A DNA stretch of 63,593 nt, counting the filler, from Klebsormidium nitens (taxonomy: Eukaryota; Plantae; Klebsormidiophyceae): NCBI GenBank assembly GCA_000708835.1. It is 4 parts of 4 records of this genome, joined end to end, with 100 filler letters (N's around TTAATTAATTAA, not from the genome) between each part and the next. Parts side by side here need not be neighbours in the genome. Positions count along the whole stretch, not along the records: positions 1 to 31,082 come from DF237778.1; 3 more parts are not named here. One strand, given 5' to 3'. Position 1 is the stretch's first letter. Every line of letters begins with the position of its first letter. The notes under the pieces were generated by a model that saw only the letters and a program-made list of their open reading frames with translations, searched no databases and was not told the origin of the DNA. This document shows positions 12,598 to 22,173 of the stretch, one piece after another. The position numbers and the translations under genes were made by a program.

Positions 12598-13063
12598 ACA
12601 TATCTATTAGTGGAGAAAGGCAAGAGATCTTGATTGCTGCTGTCAGTGCGCAGTGCGATGACGCACCTGCCCCTTGCCGCCGGCGGTGCCAAAGGCCAAA
12701 GGGATTGAAGCAGGAGGAGCAGCCTGCTCGCGAGGTTCCGCGAGGCCGGCGCTTCAGCGCTGCTGACCAGAAAGCAAAGCAGCAGGATGCGCCGGTACTC
12801 GAAGAAGCTCTGAATTGCGCTGCGGAACGTGGTGAGCAAAAGGCGGATTGTTTGCTTCTTCAGATGCCAACACTTAAGTTCAGGGGATCTTTGATTGCTG
12901 GCCCTGCAAGCAAGTGTATCAAAGCTCATTCTCTTTTCATTTTCAACAAACAGTAGGACATCAGTGCCATCAAACATACCACGGTTTCAAGAAAAGAGTG
13001 TTCTTTGGAACTTTAGAACAGTGGGTCGATGATCCTTCATGAAATGACCAGCAGATTTTCAGT

Positions 13064-13495
13064 GGCATGGCTAGGCGTGCGTTGGGAAGTGTACCAAGAT
13101 TTTGCCATTCTTTCTAAAGATACTAATGGGCCATTTCTTGGTACAGCGCGAGAAGTTGGTGGCATGGCTGGATCTGCGTTGAAATTGTACCAGGTTTGAC
13201 CACATAAGAATGGCATTGATGGCATGGCTGGGCATGCGTAGGGAAGGTACCAAGTCCTGACCACTTCTTTTTCAACATAACAATGGCACCAAGAGTTGAT
13301 GGCATGCCTGGGCGAGGCAGGGAAGTGAACCAAGTTCTGACCCATTCTTTCTCGAGATGATCATGGATCACTTCTTGGTACAACGCCAAAAACTGATGGC
13401 ATGTCTGGGAAGTGTACCAACTTTTGGCCAATTATATGTTAAGATAACAATAGGTCATTTCTTGGTACAGGGCCAGAAGTTGATGGCGTGGCCGG
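13064..13495 (+). repeat. Diverged tandem array (~5 units) of the GTACCA...TGGTAC family, intronic
   Basis: GGCATG(G/C/T)CT flanks at 13064, 13161, 13221, 13301 and 13398; cores at 13091, 13187, 13247, ~13326 and 13413. Confidence 0.8.
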
Positions 13496-14158
13496 TCTTG
13501 CAGGCAGGTGTGTGCGATAGGAATGATGGCCATGATTCTCTTCGCCTTCGTCTCTTTTCTAGACCTCATGCCTTTCATTGCCGTGAGTGCGACACGCCCG
13601 CAGGATTCAGGCTTCGTGGGGGCAAGTACGGAGGGAATGTCAGATACTATTGCGAGCGCCACGGCCCTACAAAGGGTTGTTTCCAGATCGACAAGGACCG
13701 TGCAGGTAAGAGGAGACACACACACCTTGCTTCAAGTTGTGTGCAGCAATCAGCAACTCGACCTTAATCACAAGTGCAGGTCTTTGCATGGCTGTGCACA
13801 GCCCCCGCAAACTTGCCCTTATCGTGCCCTTTCTTCATTGCAGCATGGGTTCAGGGGCGCGAGAAGACGGGAAGGAAGGCGAACCCTGCCTGTCCTGAAC
13901 GCGAGCAGCATCTGAAGGGGTCCGGATCACCTGCTGCACGTCGGTCAGGGACAGCAACAGCAGGTGAGCGCCCAGAATTTTAAAGGGGAATAGAATTCGG
14001 CACTGTGCCAAGCCAGCTGTCACACTCTTTAGCTCGCAATCACAGAAGATGGTTCCAAGTCGCGCAAAAACCGGAGGGGTTTCAAGCGGCGCCCCAAAAG
14101 CACTGTACCAAGGAAAAGCGTTTTGTGGTGCTTCAACCCCGCTTCTCATCGAGAACGT

Positions 14159-14260
14159 GTACCAGGAACGACCTATTACTTCTTAAGAATCCTAATGGGC
14201 GTTCTTAAGAATCCTAATGGGCGTTTTTGGTACGCAAATGTCGCCGGGTATGGCCGGACA
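14159..14260 (+). repeat. Single palindromic unit with an internal 22-bp tandem duplication, intronic
   Basis: TTCTTAAGAATCCTAATGGGCG at 14180-14201 and 14202-14223. Confidence 0.88.
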
Positions 14261-14724
14261 GATTGCATGCTCTTGTATAGCCGCACGATTTGGAGGACTA
14301 CTGCAGGTTCCCTGGTAGTCAATTGTGACGTCCTAAGTGCGGCAATTCTGACCCATTGAGCGCCTCCTTTTCAGAGTCCGTGTGCGCTGACCGCGGCGCC
14401 CGCCACAGCCCCCCCACAACCGCCCCCCCTGCGGCCGCCAGCGACTCTGAGTCGGACTGCGGTCTTGGCGCAGCCTGCCATCAGCACGCTGCCAGTGACG
14501 AGGCGCAGCCCGGGCAGCCTCCCGTCCACCGCGCAGAGGGCCTGTGCGCGCTTTCAAGCGGGAGCGCCAGGTTTGGGGTTCAGCCCACTGTCATGAAGAG
14601 CGTGCTGGTGAGGAGCGCATTCCAAGGTAAGCGACGAACCCCTCCTTTCATCGACGATCCCATGCGTGTCCTCTCCTGACAGATTTTGGCGGTTTCTTCT
14701 CGAACATCAAAAGTCCGCTCAGAT

Positions 14725-15240
14725 TCTGGTACATCTTGGCAGGTACGGCCGGGGCCCCTCAAAAACGGTGCGATGCTTTGCAGGGTGCGGGGGTGTGTAC
14801 CAAGAAAGGCTGTATTACTTCTTAAGAATCTAATGAGCGTTTTCTGGTACATCCTGCGGGGTATGGCCGGCTTTGCCCATCAAGCGCATGATCCGACCAT
14901 CCAGCACACAATCAGCGCGTACCAAGAACGATGTATTACTTTTTAAAGAATCTAATGGGCCTTTTCTGGTACATCCTGCGGGGTATGGCCGGGGCCCCAT
15001 CAAGCGTGATTCCAGCCATCCTGCGCACAATCAGGATGTACCAGGAAACGCTGTATTACTTTCTTAAGAATCTAATGGGCCTTTTCTGGTACATCCTGCA
15101 GGGTATGGCCGGCCTTGCCCTTCAAGCGCATGATCCGACCATCCAGCGCACATTCCGAGTGTACCAGAAAACGCTGTATTACTTTCTTAAGAATCTAACG
15201 GGCGTTTTCTGGTACATCCTTCAGGGTATGGCCGGGCCCC
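14725..15240 (+). repeat. Tandem array of ~120-bp units with a 55-bp palindromic core (4 full units and 1 half unit), intronic
   Basis: Cores at 14797, 14919, 15038 and 15161. Core 15161-15215 has a perfect 14-bp inverted repeat GTACCAGAAAACGC/GCGTTTTCTGGTAC around TTCTTAAGAA. Confidence 0.93.
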
Positions 15241-15622
15241 CCAATATGGTGCGAGCCTTTGCCGCACCGCAAGCGCCAAGTGTTTACTTTGTAAGATTTC
15301 GAATGTCTGCAGGACCACTGGAATCGTGGCAGGACTCTCAACTCGCCCGGCCCTTCAGGCTTACCCCCCAACATTATGCTCGTGCAGGATCTCCGACCTA
15401 CGAGTGCGGGTCGGAGAAGGTCTTTTACTCCTCAGCACCAAAGAGCAGGGCGCTGATAGGTACGATGGCAGATCTCTGGCATTTGTTGGCAAGAATAGGC
15501 TTCCGTCGGCTTTGTGGATACGACAGTGAATGCACGAGTCTAGCTTGAAGGGCTTGCCATTCTGAGGACGATTGATTGAGGGATCCCTTCGGTGCGTTGC
15601 AGCGACACAACTGAAAATCGGG

Positions 15623-15646
15623 GGCGTGGAAAGCAACCCGGGGCCA
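15623..15646 (+). other. 2A/StopGo-like peptide motif GVESNPGP
   Basis: In frame in exon 15603-15712; spliced context RRLCGYDTTQLKIGGVESNPG|P. Confidence 0.7.
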
Positions 15647-16159
15647 ACACAGGATCCCGACGCCCCGAGCAGCTCGTCCGGACGGCCCCCGATTCCGATT
15701 ACGACTGCGGAGGTGAGCAGTTTGTCAGGCAGAATCGTTCAGAATTGTTCCTGCCTCCTGCCTCCTGCCTCCCTTTCCGCACCCCCAAGGTTTTCGTGAC
15801 CTTTCACACCGTGATCTGTAGCATTGGCAGAGCGACCAAGTGATCAATGATGATGAGTAAATGTCCAATCCATGTCATGCAGGAGGTCCAGGAGAGCGTC
15901 AGGCCGAAGCCAATCAGCACCGAGGCATTTGATGCGTGGCGAGCAAGCGTGAGTCTCCGCCGCTGTCCGACGTGTGCGAGACGTTGTCATCGAGCACGCT
16001 CATCCATATGCGCCCATGCACGGTGAGCGCTTGCATATGGAAAGAGTCGATTGGTTGATTTCTAACTCTTGCGTGCGCCTCTCTCATTCAGCGACCAAAT
16101 CCAAACTGGGTGGCAGAGGCGATGGCACTCTACTCAATACAAGCGGGTCAACCGCAGGG

Positions 16160-16558
16160 TCAAGAGCCGCCCAGTGAGCCAAGCGCCGCCGGGGAGGTGA
16201 GTGTCCTACATTCCTCAACTGCTGCGCGGCAGATGCGCTTGGAAAGCTCGCCTTTGAACTCCTCAAATCTGCCCACTTCACTGTCCAGAAACTCGTCGAA
16301 GAATCCGATAACATCGTCGCTCGACCAGGCGTCGAACCCCCCCGCTTGCATGAACCATCGAAACAGCCACGGCCAGGATAGATCCCTCGGGTCGTTGCAT
16401 GTGCCCCTCCTGCAGAGGCGCGTGATTGCATATGCGGCTGCATCCTGGAAGCTCTCTGCTGCCCTCAGAGTGTCTCGATCGATCATGGCGCCGAGCGCAA
16501 AGACGTCCTTCACCTGCTCGGCGGTCCTGACCGCACTCCAATTGTAGTACCATTCCAT
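16160..16558 (-). CDS. Hypothetical 132-aa protein nested antisense in an intron
   Basis: Intronless ORF with CAAAC-ATG start context, lying mostly in intron 16197-16625; globular-looking composition; no family recognised. Confidence 0.55.
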   Translation of the reverse strand: MEWYYNWSAVRTAEQVKDVFALGAMIDRDTLRAAESFQDAAAYAITRLCRRGTCNDPRDLSWPWLFRWFMQAGGFDAWSSDDVIGFFDEFLDSEVGRFEEFKGELSKRICRAAVEECRTLTSPAALGSLGGS

Positions 16559-16695
16559 GTTTGAAGTTGCCTTCTCTACGTGTCATCTGCCCCTAAGCCC
16601 CTTGCCTGAACTCCATGTCGTGCAGGAGACGGGCCCCTCCTCCAGCAACCCGCATTCTGCCAGCCAACCTCGCTCCGCTGCTGCAGAGCCGGCAC

Positions 16696-17160
16696 CTACG
16701 GTGAGCCCATTCGTGCAGCCAGAGGCATCTTGACGAGGATCCTGTTGCCTTCGACAGTGATCGAACCCTTGTCGCCCCGGTTAGCGCCCTTCCAATTGAC
16801 GGTCCCGCTCAGCTGCACTCCCCATACGGCAAAAAAGTGGGAGATGAGGTACTCGAGCCAGCTTACATAATTGTAGAGCTTCTCCCCTTTGTCCCAAACA
16901 AGGGCGCGCTTGTTGGGTGATACCGTCCACTGGCAATAGTAGGAGGGGTAGTTTTCGTATTTGTTGAACCACTCGCCAATATAACACGGCTTGAATATCT
17001 CCCGCTCGATCGTGACTGGGCGCTTCTCGAAAACTGCGTAAGGTAGCTCGAGGTCCTCCTGGTGGCGGTGGTCGTGCACGGCTTCCAGATTTGCGCTCTC
17101 CTCGGCAGTCAGGGGGCGGGAAAGGGCAAAGCGGCCGGTGAACCTTGTGTCGTAGCCCAT
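16696..17160 (-). CDS. Phage/bacterial-type conserved hypothetical protein (MGYxTxFxG...WDxGEKxYNYVxWLEYLI family), nested antisense in an intron
   Basis: 154-aa intronless ORF; the pattern MGYDTRFTGRFALSRPL...YCQW...WDKGEKLYNYVSWLEYLISHF...G.V.W.G resembles a phage hypothetical family recalled from memory. Confidence 0.75.
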   Translation of the reverse strand: MGYDTRFTGRFALSRPLTAEESANLEAVHDHRHQEDLELPYAVFEKRPVTIEREIFKPCYIGEWFNKYENYPSYYCQWTVSPNKRALVWDKGEKLYNYVSWLEYLISHFFAVWGVQLSGTVNWKGANRGDKGSITVEGNRILVKMPLAARMGSP

Positions 17161-17358
17161 GATCCAATGCCCTTCTGAGTGCCAAAGCGTTTGCCTAAGT
17201 CTGTGTGATACCGTTCTATCGGTCGAGGTCGCCTCGTCTGTGCGCCCTTTGTCCTTAACTCCTCACACTCAAGATTGCGATCTTGCAGGACCCGCGCCCC
17301 TCCTCCCACCCCCCGGATCCTACTAGCCAACCTCGCTCCACCCCTACACAGCCAGCAC

Positions 17359-17844
17359 CTACGGTGAGTCGAACAATGCCTCGATGCGGAATGCCTCGAT
17401 CGGATCCATCTTGACGACAATCCGGTCGCCATCGACCGTAATTGACCCCGTGTCGCCCAAACGATTGCCCTCCAATGTGACGGTGCCGCTCAGCTGTACT
17501 CCCCATACCGCAAAGAAATGAGAGATGAGGTACTCGAGCCAGCTTACATAATTGTAGAACTTCTCCCCTTTGTCCCAGACAAGAGCGCGCTAATTGCGTG
17601 AGACAGTCCAACGGCAGTCGAAGGAGGGGAATTCCTTGAAGATGTGGAATCCCTCCCCACAGTAGTTGCGCTTGACTCCCTTCCGCACGATCTTGACTGG
17701 GCGCTCTTGACTGGGAGCCGCAGAGGGTAGCTCTAGGCTATCCTGAGGGCGGTAGTCGTGCACAGCCTTCAGAATCGCGCTCTCTTCGGCGGTCAGGGGG
17801 CGAGAAAAGGCGAAGCGGCCGGTGAATTTCGTGTCAAAGCACAT
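17359..17844 (-). pseudogene. Tandem paralog of 16696-17160 with a premature stop and frameshift
   Basis: MCFDTKFTGRFAFSRPLTAEESAIL...CRWTVSRN* followed by RALVWDKGE and a frame change. Confidence 0.8.
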
Positions 17845-18829
17845 GGTTATAATGGCCTTTGAGCGCCAAGGCGTCCCCCTAAGTACCGGTGACGCCTGCC
17901 CTGAATTGAGCGTGTCCCGATGCTTGGATGCAGGAGGTCGCACGTCGGAAGAGGACCGCCTCGAGCAGGGAGAGCTCCCCGGCGCCCACCGGTACTCGGA
18001 TGCGGACCGGAAGCCCGGACGAAGCGGTGAGCAATCGTGTGCTGTGGCTTTTAGGGAGAAGTGTGCGCGATTGGTGAGAGAGTGAGGGGTATGCCGGGCT
18101 GTTTTGTGCCCTAAAGGCATTCGGCTCTGTCTTCATTGCCCGGCTAAGCACCTTATGCATTTGCCAATCGCAAATTCCCATTGCAGATTCCCATCGCTTT
18201 TGCTGACTGTCAATGAGGAGCAAGCACGGCGGGAGTCCGTTAATCCCTTTGTTGATGTCCCCCTGCAGGAGGCTGCGGCGATGTCTGACGAAGAGGCCGG
18301 CTCCGTCGACATCGAAGAAACGTCAGACGAGACCGAGTCCGACGAAGAGCCCACATCCGAGGATGACCGGGGCGTCGACGACTCGGTGCTGCCGGACGCT
18401 GAAACACGGGATTTGTACCGGCGGATGGAGATGGAGGAAGCGGAAGCTCGGTTCGCGGAGGACGAGACCCCGGACGATGCGCTGGCGCCCATGCGGATGG
18501 AGATGCAGTGGAGGCGGGCCCGGGATGAAGCGCCACAGACCTCTGTGTAAGTAGCTCTTCTTTAAGAGATTGTGGTGAACCTTACAAACTTGGTGGAGGC
18601 TGCAGGTCACCCCCGCTTCTCTTGGGCTGCCTGATGTGCTTCTTGGGCGAATCGTTGTCGAAAATCTGTATCAAGCAGATGGTGCAAAGTGTACATCAAG
18701 TAGCATCCAGGAATTGAGCGTTTCAACAGATCGCTGACACGTGTACATCTTGACTCTCTGATGAACACGCTTGGCGTTCTCTCTTTTTCCAGTATTCGCT
18801 TTGGGGCTGGCCTTACATTCTCCAGTGTA

Positions 18830-19075
18830 AGGCGGGCCGGCCCATCAAATGTTGCAGTGTTTTTGAAATCGCTGAATCATTTCTTATAAAAGTTGGAAGC
18901 TACTCTTGGTACATGCTTAGCGATGCTTTCCTGGTGTACGACAGCCAGTGCCATCAAGCCCATCTAGCAGAACGGGCCTATCAAACTTGTATCTCTCGAA
19001 AGCGACATGTCCCAAGAACCGACGTGTTACTCGTTAGAGAAGTAAAAGGCAGTTTCTTGGTACACCGTGGGGGTA
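18830..19075 (+). repeat. Degenerate copies of the palindromic repeat family, intronic
   Basis: GTCCCAAGAACCGACGTGTTACT...GTTTCTTGGTAC at 19009-19063 and a GGCCGGCCCATCAA flank near 18835. Confidence 0.55.
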
Positions 19076-19186
19076 CGAAAGCCCGCATCTCGCTCATGAG
19101 CACGACAGCATGTTGCAACTCCTGTCCAGGGCTTGGCACCTTTGCGCTGTGGCGTTTGACTTATCAATCTTACATTGCTCATGCAG

Positions 19187-21250
19187 ATTCTCAATGGCGC
19201 ACGAGGATCTTGTGGCAGTGCCTGAGCCAGCGGTGCATTCTGACCCGCTGACTGGCAACGAGGTCTTTAAGAAGGACGGGTTTCGGGTGCTGCGTGTGCG
19301 GGAGCACGAGACCAACTGCTTCCATCAGACGGGGGCCAACCCAACGGGCCGCCTTCCCGGCCCAAAGTTCTTCATGCAGCAGGAGGCGGCGCTCCTAAAC
19401 CACGAGGCGCAGGTGGTCCTGCACAAGTGGTCCGGAAAGGTCGAGAAATTGGTGAGGGTCCCGTGGCGCAGCTTCGCTTCGTACCCCGACTGGGAGACGG
19501 CGCGGTCGCATCTCGAGGGGCGGCACGGGTCAGTGACGGAGATCATCCAGAACGGAAAACCCTGCAAGCCCTACCTTGACCTCGATGGCAAGGACGGGCT
19601 CCCCTTCAAGCGCAAGCCGGTGACCGGGGCGGATGGGGAGGTTGTGGAGGCTGGGGAGAGGTACGGGGGGGAGGAGGTGATCAAGATCGTGGAGGAGTGG
19701 GCCGTTACTGTGTTTAAGGAACAGTACGACCATGAGCTGCAGCCGAGCAGCTTCGTCTGGATCGAGAGCCCCTGCCAGACCAAGTTCAGCCTCCACCTCA
19801 CGATCAATCAGCTGTCCCCCCGTCAGCTCGTCTTTGGCTCCAACACCGAGGGGGCTCTCCACTTTGCGAGGCGCCTCAAGAAGAGGTTGCTCCCGTGGCA
19901 TCCTGCGGTCGCGAATCTCATCGACCTGAACGTGTACACGAAGGACCGCGAGTGGCGGACGCTGGGGAGCGCCAAGATCGAGAAGCCGGAGAGCGTCTTG
20001 TCGTGCATCAATCCGGCCCATTCCTGGAAGGATGCTCTGGTGACCTGGCTGGAGCCCCTCGAGGTGAGCAAGTCATCCAGGCCCCACACCCGCCAGGTCG
20101 GTCACGTCCTGAAGAGTGTACCTGAAAACGGCCTTTTACTTCTCTGAAGAGTTATACGGCCTTTCATGGTACGGGGCAGATTGTGCGTTTGATGGGCTGC
20201 CCGGCCATACTCGCAGGACGTACCAAAAAAGGCCCTTTAGATTCTTCAAGAAGTAATACGTCGTTTCTTGGTACCTAAGTGCTGCTGTTTTTGCGCTTGA
20301 TGGGCTGCCCGGCCATACCCGCAGGACGTACCAGAAAAGGCCCTTTAGATTCTTCAAGAAGTATACGTCGTTTCTTGGTACACAAGTGCTGCTGGTTTTG
20401 CGGCGAGCCTGACCAGTGGTTCCTTGAAGCGCGGCCTTGAGGTTCCTAGAAAGAAGGATCCTGCTTGTGGCGCACTCCTCGTTTCTGATCGCCTCGTCAG
20501 CGTTGATGCTTGGTGGAATCGCTGCATTTGAAGGCGCTCCGCTTTTGCTGCAATCTGTCCTTCTCACGCAACTATTGATTGAAAGATAGTGCAAGTTTTG
20601 TTAGGTCAGAGAATTGACAAACACGAAGTGTCATGGCCTGCTTACCGGCTTCCTCTTCTCATTTAGACGTAGATGATTTGGTACGAATGCTCTCGTAAAC
20701 AGCTGCTCTCGTGCTGTCTGCAGGCTCGTGAGGAGGTCAAGCTGCCATTCGAAGTACCCAAAAGGCTCCACGAGAGGTTCCAAAACCCTCGAGTGATGTC
20801 TGAACGGGGCACGGAGCGCAGCTCACAGAACGACGAGTTTGTCAAGGCGCGCATGCTGACGCTGCTCAGAGAGCGCTTGCACCCTAGCGCCTATGAGGAG
20901 GGCCTCGATCGCTACAACTACAGAGATCGGGCAGAGCCGTGCTACACGGGTCGGATCCACGAGAACCGTCAGAATCTAACCTGCCACCTCAACCCAAACG
21001 GCAAGATCTATGCTCTTTGTTTCAGCCAAAATACCGAGGGCGGGGACTCGGACGTTCCCTGTGTCAAAAGGGCGTTCTGCCTTGGGGACCTGTTCGAGGA
21101 CAACATCTCGTACGAGACTGGCGCGGTCAAGGTAGACATGGAGCACCTGACGCGGGCCCCCGATGCGTCGACCCCTGAGCTCGTGGCTGAAGTAGGGGCG
21201 GGTATGAGGATGCCGAGCGACCTGATGAAGCTGAACACGGTCGCCAACGA
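19187..21250 (+). CDS. PrimPol-type archaeo-eukaryotic primase domain plus UL52-like Zn finger (exons 19187-20063 and 20724-21250)
   Basis: TEII..GKPCKPYLDLD (motif I, DxD); KFSLH (motif II, SxH); IDLNVYTKDREWRTLGSAK (motif III); PCYTGRIH...YALCFSQ...C Zn knuckle. Confidence 0.88.
20117..20381 (-). repeat. Three reverse-oriented palindromic units inside primase intron 20064-20723
   Basis: Cores at 20117 (degenerate), 20220 and 20328, each preceded by CCGGCCATAC..GCAGGAC for the last two. Confidence 0.88.
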
Positions 21251-21459
21251 GTAAGTGTTGTAGCGGAAAGATTAAGTACGTGTCCATTGTGATGCGGGAA
21301 GCTTTCAATTCTTTTGCGCCTGACAAGCTTTTGTTTCGGCCACAAACCCACTTTCTGGCCAGCGTCCTAGGGCTGTTCGCGACCACCGCGATTTCCCACG
21401 GAGTGTGCGCTTCTGTACGCGTACCACACAGTCGTCTTTTGCCGCTTTTGACAATTCTC

Positions 21460-21775
21460 CACATTCTTTTGCCACGTGTCGACCGACCTTCAGATGACCG
21501 CGAGGAGTTTTGCGAGTGCTGGCTGGATTGGGTGCTTCTGTGCGCCCACCTACCGCAAGGGCTTTGTTTTTGCCACATGTCTATGTTTCAGGTTAGTGGC
21601 GGGATTTTCGGCGGGGCTTTCTGCAAGTGTTGGTAGATTGGGCGCTTCTGGACGCCCACTTCCTACGAGGAGCTTTTCTTTTGCCACGTGTCGAAATTTC
21701 AGGTCGCTTGCGGCATCTGCGGGTGCTGATTAGTATGGGCGCTTCTTGGCGCCCACCTATTGCGAGAGTTTCCCC
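21460..21775 (+). repeat. Second intronic tandem repeat family, 3 units of ~100-110 bp
   Basis: TTTTGCCAC(G/A)TGTC at ~21468, ~21567 and ~21678; TGGG(C/T)GCTTCT..CGCCCAC hairpin-like motif in each unit. Confidence 0.72.
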
Positions 21776-22173
21776 CTCAGCCGCAAGTCATGCACAACTT
21801 GACAAAAGTCCTTTTGTCACAGGTCTACACCACGTCCAGATTCTGGCCATCAAGGGGTTGTTTGTTTCTTCTTGGACGCGCACTGAAGCGCGGGGTCCTC
21901 CTTTCGATGCAGACCAATGCTTGCCTATCTGTTACTGTCCACTTTGAGAGCAGCACAAGGAGCCCTACGAGCTTCCGAATTCAGGCCGTACAAGAATACT
22001 TCAAACGCTGACCTACCCTTCTGAGCTGCTTGCAGGTGAAACTCAGCACGAACGAGATTGAGGTCAAGGCATAACCCACAACCGTTAAGAATTTCGGCCT
22101 TCTTCCTGCCTAAGAGTGACTCATTTCAACACATGTCAGGGCGTGTTGATAATCCTCTTGTCCACACTTGCAG

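Noticed and set aside
14931-15435. ORFs with repeated YYFLKNLMGLFWYILRGMAG peptides (also 29367-30275 and 20136-20594)
   Set aside because: These are translations of the DNA repeat arrays. They appear on either strand according to array orientation and mostly lie in predicted introns.
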